A DNA stretch of 62,021 bases, counting the filler, from Globobulimina sp. (Eukaryota), in assembly GCA_003354225.1 (NCBI GenBank). It is 12 parts of 12 records of this genome, joined end to end, with 100 filler letters (N's around TTAATTAATTAA, not from the genome) between each part and the next. Parts side by side here need not be neighbours in the genome. Positions count along the whole stretch, not along the records: positions 10,368 to 15,449 come from PIVH01000737.1; positions 15,550 to 20,630 come from PIVH01000738.1; positions 20,731 to 25,811 come from PIVH01000739.1; 9 more parts are not named here. One strand, 5' to 3'. This document shows, one piece after another, positions 12,497 to 23,846 of this stretch. Position 1 is the first letter of the stretch. Each line of letters begins with the position of its first letter. Below the pieces are notes generated by a model. It had not been told where the DNA came from. It did not search any database and was given only the letters and a program-made list of their open reading frames with translations. The position numbers and the translations under genes were made by a program.

Positions 12497-13381
12497 ATGG
12501 GAACTTGTTGTAGGCTCAACAAAATCAACAAATCTCAGTTGAAACAAAACATTCTGCAAAATCAAGATGAAAGCAAAAATATAGCGCATTGCTATGGGAG
12601 CATGCAATCCAAAGATTCAAAACATGCCCAACAACATGAATTATGCCATGCATTGTTACAAAGAGAAAGAGTAAACAGACATTTTTATCGCAAAGATTGT
12701 ATAACTTTATCAAAGCAATTATTGGGTAAACTTCTGGTGCGTGTATTGGATGATGGCACCATTGTATCTGGTTTGATCATTGATGTTGAAGCTTATTTAG
12801 GTGGTGATGATAAAGCATCTCATTCCTACAATAACATTGAAACAGAAAAAAATAGATCAATGTTTTTGGATGCTGGGCATTGTTATATTTATAAATCATT
12901 TCGAGGAAATAATGATTGTTTTAACATCACATCTGATAAAGAAGGCGTTCCCGCTGCCACTTTAATCAGAGCTCTTTACCCATTGCGCGGTTTGCAAGTT
13001 ATGAAAAAAAGGAGAATGCAAATCGGAAATAAACAAAATCCAAAGCTACAAAATCTTTGCAGTGGACCTGCGTTGTTGTGTCAATCAATGGATTTACAAA
13101 GAGAGCAATTTGATGGAGCAGATATGGTCTGCAGTAAACATGTCTATGTTGAACAGATTATATCTGGGAAAATCAAAAATATTCATTTTGGACAGAAAAT
13201 GATTGATGAATCGCTAATTGTTGCGACTCCAAGGATTAATGTTCAATATGCTGGAAAACAATCGGCATCTAAATTGTTACGATTCTGTTTAAAAGGGTTT
13301 GATAATTATTTCAGCTGTCCATCACACAAATTTTCATCTAAAAAATATGTTATGATTTGGCCAGACGGCCCAGACCAGTGA
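12497..13381 (+). CDS. MPG: DNA-3-methyladenine glycosylase (MPG/AAG family)
   Basis: LLGKLLVR, GLIIDVEAYLGGDDKASHS, CFNITS, AATLIRAL, LCSGPALLCQ, TPRINV. Confidence 0.88.
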   Translation: MGTCCRLNKINKSQLKQNILQNQDESKNIAHCYGSMQSKDSKHAQQHELCHALLQRERVNRHFYRKDCITLSKQLLGKLLVRVLDDGTIVSGLIIDVEAYLGGDDKASHSYNNIETEKNRSMFLDAGHCYIYKSFRGNNDCFNITSDKEGVPAATLIRALYPLRGLQVMKKRRMQIGNKQNPKLQNLCSGPALLCQSMDLQREQFDGADMVCSKHVYVEQIISGKIKNIHFGQKMIDESLIVATPRINVQYAGKQSASKLLRFCLKGFDNYFSCPSHKFSSKKYVMIWPDGPDQ

Positions 13382-13501
13382 TAAATGATAATATCACAAC
13401 GGAACCAGTGATAATTCGAACGAAGTGAACTAGTGTAGTTATGATCAGATTTCTGGATAAAAAAAATGATTTAACATTTCAATTTTACAAATTTACTACA
13501 A

Positions 13502-14680
13502 TTACTTATGAGCAGGTGATCTTGATTGTGATTGCGATTTTGATTTATAACCATTTGATTTGTTCGCTGGAGATCTTGATCTTGATCTTGAAGGTGATCT
13601 TGATTTTGATTTTGATTTTGATTTTGACGGTGATCGAGACGGTGAACGATTGCTACCATTCCTATCATTTCTGTCACCTCTTTTAATTGATCTTGATCTT
13701 GATCTCGACCTTGACCGTGATCGACTTTTTGAATATGATCTGCCTTTTTTTCTTATTTCATTCCTATCCCTATCTCTTCCTCTTTCTCTGTCTCTGTCTC
13801 TTTGGCTTTCCCTTTTCATGGATCTTGACCGTGATCTTGACTTTGATCGCCGTGTGCGGTCATAACTAGATTTCTGTAGTATACACACAAATATTTCAAT
13901 CATCAAACCAAAAATCAATGCAATGCAATGGACCAAATAAACAACCAAAATGGACCAAATGTTCCATTCCATTTTATGACAATTTTAAGACACAACAATT
14001 TATAGCACTGTAAAAAGAAAAAGATAGTTTTATTTTGTTTTTTTTTTGATTTAAAATGTTTGTTACATACACTGTAAACTTTGACGCGAACACCATTCAA
14101 TCGCGCACCGTCTAATTCTTTCAATCCGTTCTCAAAATCTCTCTGATCTGAATATTCGATAATGCCTTCTAACTCATTTTTATTTTTGCCTCTGTTGTTT
14201 GAATAATCATCGTTACGAATGACCCGAACATCGGCAAAGGTCACACTTTTACCAGCTGTGCGACCAAAATCTTTTAAATCTTGCCATGAGGTCATATTAT
14301 CCAAATTGGTGATGAATACACGATAATCGTTGCTGTAATTATCACTGCGATATTTACGATCTCCGCCACGATAACAATACGGTTCTACTCTTAAACGGCG
14401 ACCCATAAAATGCATGCCGTCGAATTTGCTGATTATATTTGTTTTATTATGTTTGATGTTTGATGTTTGGTGCAAGGATGGGATGGAATGGAATGGATAA
14501 ACTAAACTGTACTGCATCTTCGACAGCGCGACTTCGTTCAAAATGAACAAATGCAAATCGATTTTTAAATTGTAATCTTTCGATTTTACCAACTTCTTCA
14601 AATAAACGGCCTAAATCTCGTTCACGAGTATCACGAGAAATGTTTGATACATACACTTTGCGGGGGTTGCGGTTAGACAT
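13502..14680 (-). CDS. SR splicing factor (two RRMs plus RS domain); 3 exons
   Basis: RRM1 KVYVSNI...FAFVHF, RRM2 with the SWQDLKD signature, and an RS/SK-rich tail. Introns 14507-14429 and 14070-13874 restore the frame. Confidence 0.92.
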
Positions 14681-14941
14681 ATTAATGTGTGGTTGCTTCA
14701 ATTATTAGATGAATACGAGATGAGTTATGAGATGAATTGGATGAATTGGATGAATTATGAGTTGCTGATAGAGAGATTTGGTTGTGAGAATGTTTGATTG
14801 TGAGTTCGCCTGAAACGGTTTTTTGTAATTTAACAGAAACCTTTAGGATAGGTCCGATAGGATAATGGCATCTTTTTTACAAAAAAAGAAATATACTGCG
14901 ATCTAGGCTGAGAAAATTAAGTTTACAATATTGAATTGAAA

Positions 14942-15397
14942 TTATTTTTTAAAAACTTTGGTGTGATCTGCAAATGCAAGAACAAATTGTTGTAACGGAT
15001 TTAAAAACCAATGAGCTCCACCTCCAATAAATATCAATTCTATTCCGTCAGGATATTGGTCTGTATACATTTTAATGCTGGCGGTACGAAATAAGTGATA
15101 CGTCTCAAATGCTGGATCTTGAGGAAATAGAACATGTCTTAAAGTTTCTTTTTCCACTACGTTTGTTACTTTCTGTGTTGTCGAAGAAATCCATTTTAAT
15201 AATTTATTTTGAGGTTCGACCTGCTTTTTATTATCTCCATTCATACTCAAATATTTTTTAAAAACAGGCCATAATTGATTGTTGTACCATTCCTCAAAGA
15301 AATCTGAAAATTCCTCGTTCTTTGGACATGTAAAATACAATATAACACCACCAGCACTCAATGCAGCAATAGATATTGTAGTTTTCACCGAAGGCAT
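14942..15397 (-). CDS. Hypothetical protein with N-terminal signal/TM anchor
   Basis: 151-aa ORF with hydrophobic ISIAALSAGGVILYF. Confidence 0.55.
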   Translation of the reverse strand: MPSVKTTISIAALSAGGVILYFTCPKNEEFSDFFEEWYNNQLWPVFKKYLSMNGDNKKQVEPQNKLLKWISSTTQKVTNVVEKETLRHVLFPQDPAFETYHLFRTASIKMYTDQYPDGIELIFIGGGAHWFLNPLQQFVLAFADHTKVFKK

Positions 15398-16085
15398 GCT
15401 TCTTCAACTTTTTCTGAGTGGAAGTATAGTTTTCAAGTTTACACACTAANNNNNNNNNNNNNNNNNNNNNNNNNNNNNNNNNNNNNNNNNNNNTTAATTA
15501 ATTAANNNNNNNNNNNNNNNNNNNNNNNNNNNNNNNNNNNNNNNNNNNNATTTTCAATATATGATCAGAATCCTAAGGGAAACTTCGCAGTCTAATATAT
15601 ATATTAGCTGTATAATATATAATATTAGTACTAATATGCGTACCTCTTATCGGGAACACTACTGTATTCACAATATTTTTGTATGACTTTTTAGATTTTA
15701 TTGCAAAATGAGTCATTAATTCGTGAGTTAACCAATAAATACAAGTTCAACATAAGAATATGTATGAACAGAGAACGTATTTTTGGTCATTTATTTGATA
15801 AGTTTCATTTAAAGATTTGATTTTTATTGTCATTTATTTGATAAGTTTCATCATCAAATATTTCATCTTTTTAGCATGGGATTAAGAGTACAAACAATGG
15901 AAAAGAAGAGGATAATAATAATAATAATAATAATTTTTTATGTATTGATAAAATATTTGAAACAAAGAGAGATTTAATTAAAAATAAACAAGAAAAATGT
16001 CGATTTGGTTCAGAAAGATTTCGTAATGAAAATAATAAATATAATTTAGCGGTTAATACGAAAAGTAATTATATAACAGGTATTT

Positions 16086-17831
16086 TTGCACACGATAAAA
16101 AACAACAAATATAATAAAATATACACAGAGACGAAGATCGACGAAGTTGTAAGTGACAATAATACATTTTTAGAAGGAATGTATGGATTAATATCATCAG
16201 AAACAGACATAAAATCAATGAAACAATATCTCTTTGATAATGAATATGATTCCGATGCAGTTGAATATGATTTGAATACTTTTCATATTACACATAAATC
16301 AGATTCAAATCTTTATAAAGATAAACTTATTCCAAATATTCAAACTATTCATTTAATTCAAAATTATATTCGAACAATTCATTTATCTCAAAAATCATTC
16401 TCAACCGGTTTGGTATTTTATTATTGGTGTTATTTTAAACAATTAACTGAAGAAGAAATTGAAGAAGAAGATGATGAGTGGCAATATACGCTCAATAATG
16501 GATATTCAATCAGAGATTTATTCGTGAGCCAATATTTTGAATCATTAAAACAAGAGATTTTACACTCTGGTTTTGTTTCTATTAAACAATGGAAGGAAAA
16601 GATAGCATTTAAAGCCAAACAATATTATAAAAGTCAAAAGGTTAAAAATATTAAAACTGATTGGTTTGCCGCAGCAAATAATAATCATGGAATAGAAGAG
16701 GGTGATTTAATGAGTGAGTATCATTTGCAGTGTGTAATAATTTATTGTGATTGGACTGATTTACAGAGTTATTTTAGTGGTACATTTAGGAAAAAAAATG
16801 AATTTGAATCTATACAAATATTAAAAAAAAGAAATTCTAAATTTTATCATCTATCCAGAGGACTTAGTGAAGCGGTCACTGATTTTGGCATTAATGGTGA
16901 AGGTGAATGGGATGGAGATAAATGGAAATCAGACTGGGAATCACCACGATCAGAGGGACCCTCATCATTTTATTGTGGTTTATCATTGGTTTTAACTCTT
17001 TGCTCATTTGCCATATTTTTAAGTGGACCCTGTTCCACAACAAAAGATATTGAGATTGCAATTAAATTTGCTAAACGCGACGGTATCATTATGCAACTAA
17101 TAAATAATGAATTTCTAGCCAAATGGCAAAATTATTTTGATTGTAGTTGGATTTCAAATTATTGTGATGAAAATGAGAGATTATTTATGTTTACAAGTGA
17201 AAGATTAAAAATTGAGTCAATAATAATAATTGAGACAGCTAAAAATTATAAAGACTTTTTCCATGCATTTTATTTATTGGATCATATCATATCTGGTGTA
17301 TTATATTCGAGTGGGAATAATATTTTGCCCTCAGATATTTTAATATTGAATGCCTTAATAAATAATAAATTAAATCTAGAAAACGAGAAACAAGATATTG
17401 ATCCATATATTCTTGATTCATTTCATTTATTTGTAAATAAAAAAACAGAATTAGTCATTCGTATGCATCAAATATTAACATATTTTAAGGAATTAAGTGA
17501 TTTACTTATTTATAGAGAGAATAATTCATATGAAAATGAAATAAATCCGAAAATATTTCCCATATTTCCAAATCTCAATAAAATTGTTATTCACACAACA
17601 GAGGGAACAACAGAATATAGATTTAATTTATTATCATTTTTATCATCAATTGCATCATGCAAATCTTCCATCAAATATATTATTGAAGCAGACATCACAA
17701 GAAAATGTAAATCTGAATCATGGTTAAGTGAGATTTTTAATGGATCAATAAAACAAAGATTTAATGAAAAAAAATGGAATATAAATTTATCAAAAGATAA
17801 TTATTCTCATCATTTGACAATTAAACAATAA
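16086..17831 (+). CDS. Large protein with divergent ADP-ribosyltransferase-like (R-S-E clade) domain; 5' exons upstream and uncertain
   Basis: Ordered motifs IIYCD, FYCG, GPCSTT..IEIAIKFA, GIIMQL, DCSWISNYCDENERLF parallel the LYRG/STS/ExE layout. A coding-like upstream exon lies at about 15830-16050. Confidence 0.55.
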   Translation: MHTIKNNKYNKIYTETKIDEVVSDNNTFLEGMYGLISSETDIKSMKQYLFDNEYDSDAVEYDLNTFHITHKSDSNLYKDKLIPNIQTIHLIQNYIRTIHLSQKSFSTGLVFYYWCYFKQLTEEEIEEEDDEWQYTLNNGYSIRDLFVSQYFESLKQEILHSGFVSIKQWKEKIAFKAKQYYKSQKVKNIKTDWFAAANNNHGIEEGDLMSEYHLQCVIIYCDWTDLQSYFSGTFRKKNEFESIQILKKRNSKFYHLSRGLSEAVTDFGINGEGEWDGDKWKSDWESPRSEGPSSFYCGLSLVLTLCSFAIFLSGPCSTTKDIEIAIKFAKRDGIIMQLINNEFLAKWQNYFDCSWISNYCDENERLFMFTSERLKIESIIIIETAKNYKDFFHAFYLLDHIISGVLYSSGNNILPSDILILNALINNKLNLENEKQDIDPYILDSFHLFVNKKTELVIRMHQILTYFKELSDLLIYRENNSYENEINPKIFPIFPNLNKIVIHTTEGTTEYRFNLLSFLSSIASCKSSIKYIIEADITRKCKSESWLSEIFNGSIKQRFNEKKWNINLSKDNYSHHLTIKQ

Positions 17832-18321
17832 TTCAATTGTTTATTATTCTTTTGCATACATATTTGTAGCAACGTTCGTCAGAGTACTAATACCTATACA
17901 CAACGACATGGACTCGTGTTCTGTGAAAACCTTTCAAGTAAGTTAAATTTCAACAGAAACCCTTGCTTGTTGCTGCGGTATTGTTTTTGTATGGACTGCT
18001 ACCTGTTTTTTTAGATATGATATGGACACGCTGGAAAAGATGCTGCTGTACGTTTGATCAATCATAAAATCCTAAAAAGAGTACCCACAACGCGCGTAAA
18101 TCACATCATTCACATGTCAATTTTTTATTATTTGTTGGTGTGTTTGTATTTTAACATTAAATTAACAATAAAAACGATCAAAAGATACAACATAAAATTA
18201 CATCCAAAGATCATTTATATTATATAAGTCCTTTGTTGATGTTGCCATAATTATAGAAAAAAAAAATGAAAAAATAATGATCAAAAACTGATGAATGAAT
18301 TTTCTGATCGAGTCTCAAACA

Positions 18322-18633
18322 TTAAACATAGATATTCTTTTGGTTAAAATTATCATTCGGCCTCTTTGGTGCTGCATAATATGAATAACATAAACATAAT
18401 AAGAATGACACCGCAATTACTGATACAATGATATAAATGGTTGTTTGTCCTATTTCAATAAGATTTAGTTGATTTTCATACTCGCCCTTAATATGATTTT
18501 TTTCATCAACACAAACTCCTTCAACACAATAATAATCATTTCCACATTCTGGTTCACATTGTCCATTGGCCATGGTCATAAGTTGAGTGACAAAATATGA
18601 AATCAATAGAAATAACATAGTGAGCGACGCCAT
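18322..18633 (-). CDS. Small type I membrane protein with a 4-Cys extracellular module
   Basis: Signal peptide from ATG 18633, CEPECGNDYYCVEGVC, then TM IYIIVSVIAVSFLLCLCY. Confidence 0.65.
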   Translation of the reverse strand: MASLTMLFLLISYFVTQLMTMANGQCEPECGNDYYCVEGVCVDEKNHIKGEYENQLNLIEIGQTTIYIIVSVIAVSFLLCLCYSYYAAPKRPNDNFNQKNIYV

Positions 18634-18820
18634 GTTGAAGTAACTACGAAAAATTCTGAGTGAAGTTTTTTTCGGCCCAAAAACTCTGACGCTGAAAACC
18701 AAAGGCTTATCATCACGCGCGCTCTAGCAATCTGTGCAAGGATATCTTATCGCCATGCATACAAAACCATATTTCACCAAACATTGAAAACAAGAACGAC
18801 AATAACAAGACCCAAAAGAA

Positions 18821-19651
18821 TTACTTTTTGGATTTTTTGGATTTATTCTTCCGTTTATTTTTCGATCCTCCTTTCCGTTTATTCCTATTATTTTTATTCT
18901 TAACTTTCCCTTTGTTTTTCCCTTTGTTTTTATTTTTATTTTTCCCTTTTTTTTTACCCTTATTATTGCCATGACTTTTATTCTTTGACTCTGACTTATT
19001 TTCAATATGTGTTTGTTTTTTTTGCTCATTCTTATCCAATGTAGTTTCATTATCTTTTGATTCAATTTGAATATCATTCGCCTGGTTATTATTATTAGCA
19101 TTAATATTTGAGATTGTATCATTTTTACTTTCTAACGTGTCCAATATCTGTTTTTTCCATACATCTTCAGGTATTTTTTGCGCCCATTTTGGAATATTAT
19201 CATCATTTAATTTGGGCATAGCCAACATAAAAGATTTTATTTTGTCAATTCCATCATCTGATAAATGTATACTGTCCTCTTCATTTACATTATTTCTTAT
19301 AATATCATCTGTTTTTATATCTTGTTGTTGCTCAACATCCTCATCCTCGGAGTCCTTATTATTATCAATCCAGTTTGGATTATATTCAATGTGTACATTG
19401 GGATCAAAATCTGGGTTTGATTTGTCTTTGGCTGCTTGCTTTTTGTATTGTTGTTTTAATCGGTTCTCTGCTTCATGCATTTTATCATATTCTATACACA
19501 TTTTGTATTTATTTTGTTATAAATATTAAATGCAAATCAATCTATAAATATATACCAGACCAGTTTGCATTGCGTTAACTTTTCTCGTCAAAATGCGTTC
19601 CATTAAAGCGTTTCTGCGCTCTTGCGATCTTGCTTGTGATGTATAAGACAT
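18821..19651 (-). CDS. MEA1 (male-enhanced antigen 1)-like domain protein with Lys-rich tail; 2 exons
   Basis: IHLSDDGIDKIKSFMLAMPK...IPKWAQKIPEDVWK resembles the MEA1 C-terminal P-x-WA-x-x-I-x-D-x-x-W motif. Exon 1 starts at ATG 19651; intron about 19560-19492. Confidence 0.55.
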
Positions 19652-19842
19652 TATATATAATATCTCTTACTAAACATTTTTTTGTTTAATAACTGAAGCA
19701 GTCACTTCATGTATTCTAGCAAACCTACACTCGATCTATAAACACACATAAGTCTCAATATATTTTGTCACAAAAACACTACGCGCAAATATGTACATAA
19801 AATAACCGGACTAACACCCTTAAGTCTATTTAATTAATATAA

Positions 19843-20630
19843 TTAGTATTTAGGTGGCTGACACGTGTCAGCCAATGTGACATTTGTCGAATTAATGGCA
19901 CTCACAACATCATCAGACAATAACTTTGATGGATTATTGCGATATTTTTGCTTCAATCCCAAATTAGTATCCTTTAATTGCAATTGTACTTTCTTGGTAA
20001 AACAATTCTGTACTCCAACATGACAGTATTTACATAAACATGCATAGATTCGTATATTGGCGGATAATGATAAAAACACGGCAATGCAGTTTGTAGTATT
20101 CTCAATTGCTCGAAAACAAAAGTTTGTCAAATACAAATCAACAGAATCAGGAATAATATACATTCTTATTAACATTTCGCAACTAAACAACTGGTTTGTG
20201 ATGATGGTAAAACTAAAGATTACGGTATGTCGAGTCATTAATAACAATAACCTTTTTGAGGAATTATACATACAACAATTTCGATCGCGTACTGTAGAAA
20301 TATCATTATTTATTAGTGTTGCTGCTAATAATTGTTTTAATTTGGACACAAACAGAATTAATAAAGACGTGTTCAATAAAACATCGATCGCAGACAATAT
20401 TATTACTGGAATGGTGTCATATTTTACAAAGTAACTGTCAAAGTACTGCGCTGTGGGTTTATTATCCCTGGGGATCATAAATACGATGATTGCAAAGAAT
20501 ATTGAGGTGATAAAAGATAATCCGATTAATGTGTAGAAAAATAGCAATGCGTAGGCATGTATGGCATAACCTGTGTCATGGAAGGAATTTTGCAAACGGT
20601 TAATGGCGATTAAATAAAATGAAATTGATT
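19843..20630 (-). CDS. Multi-pass membrane protein, GPCR-like C-terminal half, 5' truncated
   Basis: Four hydrophobic helices followed by a Cys-rich helix-8-like segment (IYACLCKYCH). Confidence 0.5.
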
Positions 20631-20730
20631 NNNNNNNNNNNNNNNNNNNNNNNNNNNNNNNNNNNNNNNNNNNNTTAATTAATTAANNNNNNNNNNNNNN
20701 NNNNNNNNNNNNNNNNNNNNNNNNNNNNNN

Positions 20731-20767
<37 letters not shown>

Positions 20768-20787
20768 AAAAAAAAAAAAATAATAAT

Positions 20788-21327
20788 TTGAAAGAATATG
20801 CAATAAATTTAAAATTAGAAGACATTATAAACAAAAAACCACATACCATTAATATTGGAAATGGAAATGAGAATAAATATATAATCGAAATAAAAGGAGG
20901 AATACCAAATGGTTATATAATAAAAGATGAATTAAATGGATATAATTGGAAAATAAATGTAAATGAATGGGATACATTGAAGCTATGGAAAAGAAGAGCC
21001 GATGGCGATTGTGACTTGTACCAGAATGTAACCATAACCATTTATGATGTTTTAATGGCAATCGATATGGATATATTAATGATTGATGGCACATCAAAAA
21101 TACTTGAAAATATGGAGCCAAAAGATTACATAAAAGGATTACAAATAAAAAATGGAGGTTTAACAAATTTTTACTCAAAACGAAAATATCCAGCCAAAGG
21201 AACCGCATATATTCAATTTGATATATTATATCCAAAATTAGACAAAAAACAAAAACAAAAATTACAAACATTTCTTAAATCAAATGGCAAAAAATGGTCT
21301 TATACTGATGAGCATAATGAATTATAA
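20788..21327 (+). CDS. DnaJ/Hsp40 C-terminal domain, 5' truncated
   Basis: RRADGDCDLYQNVTITIYDVL, MIDG, IKNGGL, KGTAYIQFDILYPKLDKKQKQKL. Confidence 0.7.
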   Translation: MKEYAINLKLEDIINKKPHTINIGNGNENKYIIEIKGGIPNGYIIKDELNGYNWKINVNEWDTLKLWKRRADGDCDLYQNVTITIYDVLMAIDMDILMIDGTSKILENMEPKDYIKGLQIKNGGLTNFYSKRKYPAKGTAYIQFDILYPKLDKKQKQKLQTFLKSNGKKWSYTDEHNEL

Positions 21328-21344
21328 TTTTTTGAGAAAACTAG

Positions 21345-23240
21345 TCACTGTATCTGAGTAGATTTGGTTTTCACAGCGAATGCATGCCGATGTGCTATAT
21401 GTTTCGTTTTCGTTTGTATCTCACTTACAGCTTTGCGAAATATTGTTTTTATTGCATCCAATGCTTCTCGCTCTTGTTTAACATTAATAAAAAAGCTTTG
21501 TTTCAAATACTTTTCATTTTGTTCACTTCTTCGCATAAATCCAAGTACAAGTCGCGCATAATCAAGAATTTGAATATAATTCTTTCTCAAAACACTGAAA
21601 CATTCAACAACAACACCCACAAATTCAATCCATTTATCATTTCCTAACATTTTCACAAATTTACTTGAAATTGCAACTGTTGCAGCATCTGATTCTGAAC
21701 TATCCACTTTTTCACCTAAAATATGTGAAAAATCAGTATGAAATAATGTTGCATCATCACGTATTAATATCTTATTATTATTAGCACCTACAATAAATGA
21801 CGAGATATAACTGGCTGCAGCGGTTGCTACTAATTTGTTTGTTAATTTATAATCCATATTAATATTATTCATTTTCTGCGTATTTTCAATAAATTCAACA
21901 CAACCAAAATTAAATGCCATTGGTACCACTTCAAATGTCATCACGTTACATTCCGTTCCATTATAAATTACATTATTTTCTTTAAACAATTGATTAAAAT
22001 ATTTGAACAGTAATATAACCCCTAAATCTTTTCGTAAATCGTATCCTTGTTTTAATAAAATTACGCTTGACAATTTATTATTTAATGTATAATTTTCTAT
22101 TAAATATTTTTTTTTATTTGCAGTCAATTTAATGATTGCAGTCAATTTAACAGACATTAAAATATTTGAATTTATTGGATCACATAAAAATTTATTGCCA
22201 TCATCAGTTTGTTTTATTGCGCCTATTCTGTGTAAATCAGTAAATAAATTCGAGAACCATTGTACGCAATTAATAGTTTCTTCTTTTTCTTCTTTTTCTT
22301 CGTTTTCGTCTTGTTTTAAATATTTGTGTCCGTGCCATGTTCTTAATATTATTGGTAAATCGCGATATGAATTTAAAAAAAATCTCCACGATTGATCTAA
22401 ATAGGCATCGCTACTAATTCTATTCGCTAAGACTACAAATAAACTTGTTTGCAATTCAAAAAAACCAAACGGTAATTCACATAAAGCGCCAACAATAACT
22501 GGTAATAATTGCTTTATCTCTTTCGAGTCACAAAATGCTAATTCTTTGTGGAAATATCCGTTACGAAATGAGTGCAATAAACTAATATCGCTCAGATTTC
22601 TTTCCCTTTCTTCATCTTTTTCTTTTTCTTTTTCCTCGTTTTCTTTCAATAATAACTCTTTTTTCAATTCTTTTTGTTGTTTTAGTAACATTTCCAATTT
22701 ATTACTTAACTTATACGTAAAATGCATGTTTCCATTATAAAAATATGCTAATATTAAACCTAATGCCGAACAAATTAATTGTGTAATATATAAAAGAAAA
22801 GTTGATTTTTGAGCAAATAACATTGTCGAAATTAACATTGCCACTGCAAACAATGCAATTGATAGCCATAAAAATGTTGTTTGCGTTTTTGGTGAAATAT
22901 TAATACATTCACAAGTATCACAACCATTTGGATGTGGTTCTTCTTCTAAACTCAAAAATTGTGCTAATTCATCAACCACTTGAATCGATTTTGCTTTTGC
23001 ATGAACAGTATTATTTGTTTGTGAATTGGAATGTTTGTCTGTTTTAAGACTCAAATATGTTCCATCAACAGTGTCTTCAATAAGTTTCAAGTGTGAGTTC
23101 TCTGCAATATGCTGTGGTAGGTGCACTACAGTGCTTTGATAACGTTTATGATCTGTTAATCATGTGTTTCGCATAATGTGTTTCGCATAATGGTATCCTA
23201 TTACTAAACCTGAGTTTGTTGATTTCTGTGCATTTGACAT
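21345..23240 (-). CDS. PI3K/PI4K-like kinase-domain protein with two TM helices and coiled coil; catalytic motifs degenerate
   Basis: Exon 1 (ATG 23240) joins via a 57-nt intron (23209-23153). LLKQGYDLRKD, GCVEFIEN, SYISSFIVGANNNKILI, LFHTDFSHILG. Confidence 0.8.
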
Positions 23241-23310
23241 CATTATCTTTTTTCCTTCAAAGTAAAAGTTAAAAACCTAAAAAAATAATAATAGAAAAAA
23301 AAGGTTTTCA

Positions 23311-23745
23311 ATGCCTCATTATTATCCGCTGTTACACAATAAACATTATGCCAAATGGATGGGAGGAGGATTGTATTATTATCCCGCTGATTTAAATACA
23401 TGGAGATTTTTCAAACGATTTGTACCATTTTTAGCATTAAATACTTTGGCAGCGACATGGTTTGGATATGTTATGGAACAACGGACAGTTTATACATGTC
23501 AGACAAAACCGGAATGGAGTGCATCATTTGTCTCTGACTTAGATTTTAATCCACCACTATGGAGACATGAAACGCCAGGACAAATACCATATATACGTAC
23601 GGTTAAAATTGAAGATACCTGGGATAGAGTTCAAAAAGTTAGAGGTAAACATTGGACGGATGATTGGAAATATACAAAACCTTGGCAGTCTGATGATGGA
23701 CAATATGCAAATAGAAGACCTGATCATCATTCATATATATCATAA
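23311..23745 (+). CDS. Small single-TM aromatic-rich protein, possibly mitochondrial inner membrane
   Basis: 144-aa ORF with TM FVPFLALNTLAATWFGYV followed by TKPEW...FNPP. Confidence 0.55.
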   Translation: MPHYYPLLHNKHYAKWMGGGLYYYPADLNTWRFFKRFVPFLALNTLAATWFGYVMEQRTVYTCQTKPEWSASFVSDLDFNPPLWRHETPGQIPYIRTVKIEDTWDRVQKVRGKHWTDDWKYTKPWQSDDGQYANRRPDHHSYIS

Positions 23746-23846
23746 AAAACAACCTTCGCATATTCGCAAAAAAAAATAGTTCTTCTTGTGCAAGGAGAGA
23801 GACAGTAAACTTATCCAAATGAAACTACTGTATATGTTACTATGAA

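Noticed and set aside
13441-13869. Plus-strand ORFs with DL/IL dipeptide repeats
   Set aside because: They are antisense shadows of the RS-domain codons of the SR gene.
20731-20780. Poly(A) run suggesting a retrocopy or mRNA tail
   Set aside because: It lies at a contig edge, upstream of the ORF on the sense strand; most likely a low-complexity assembly break.
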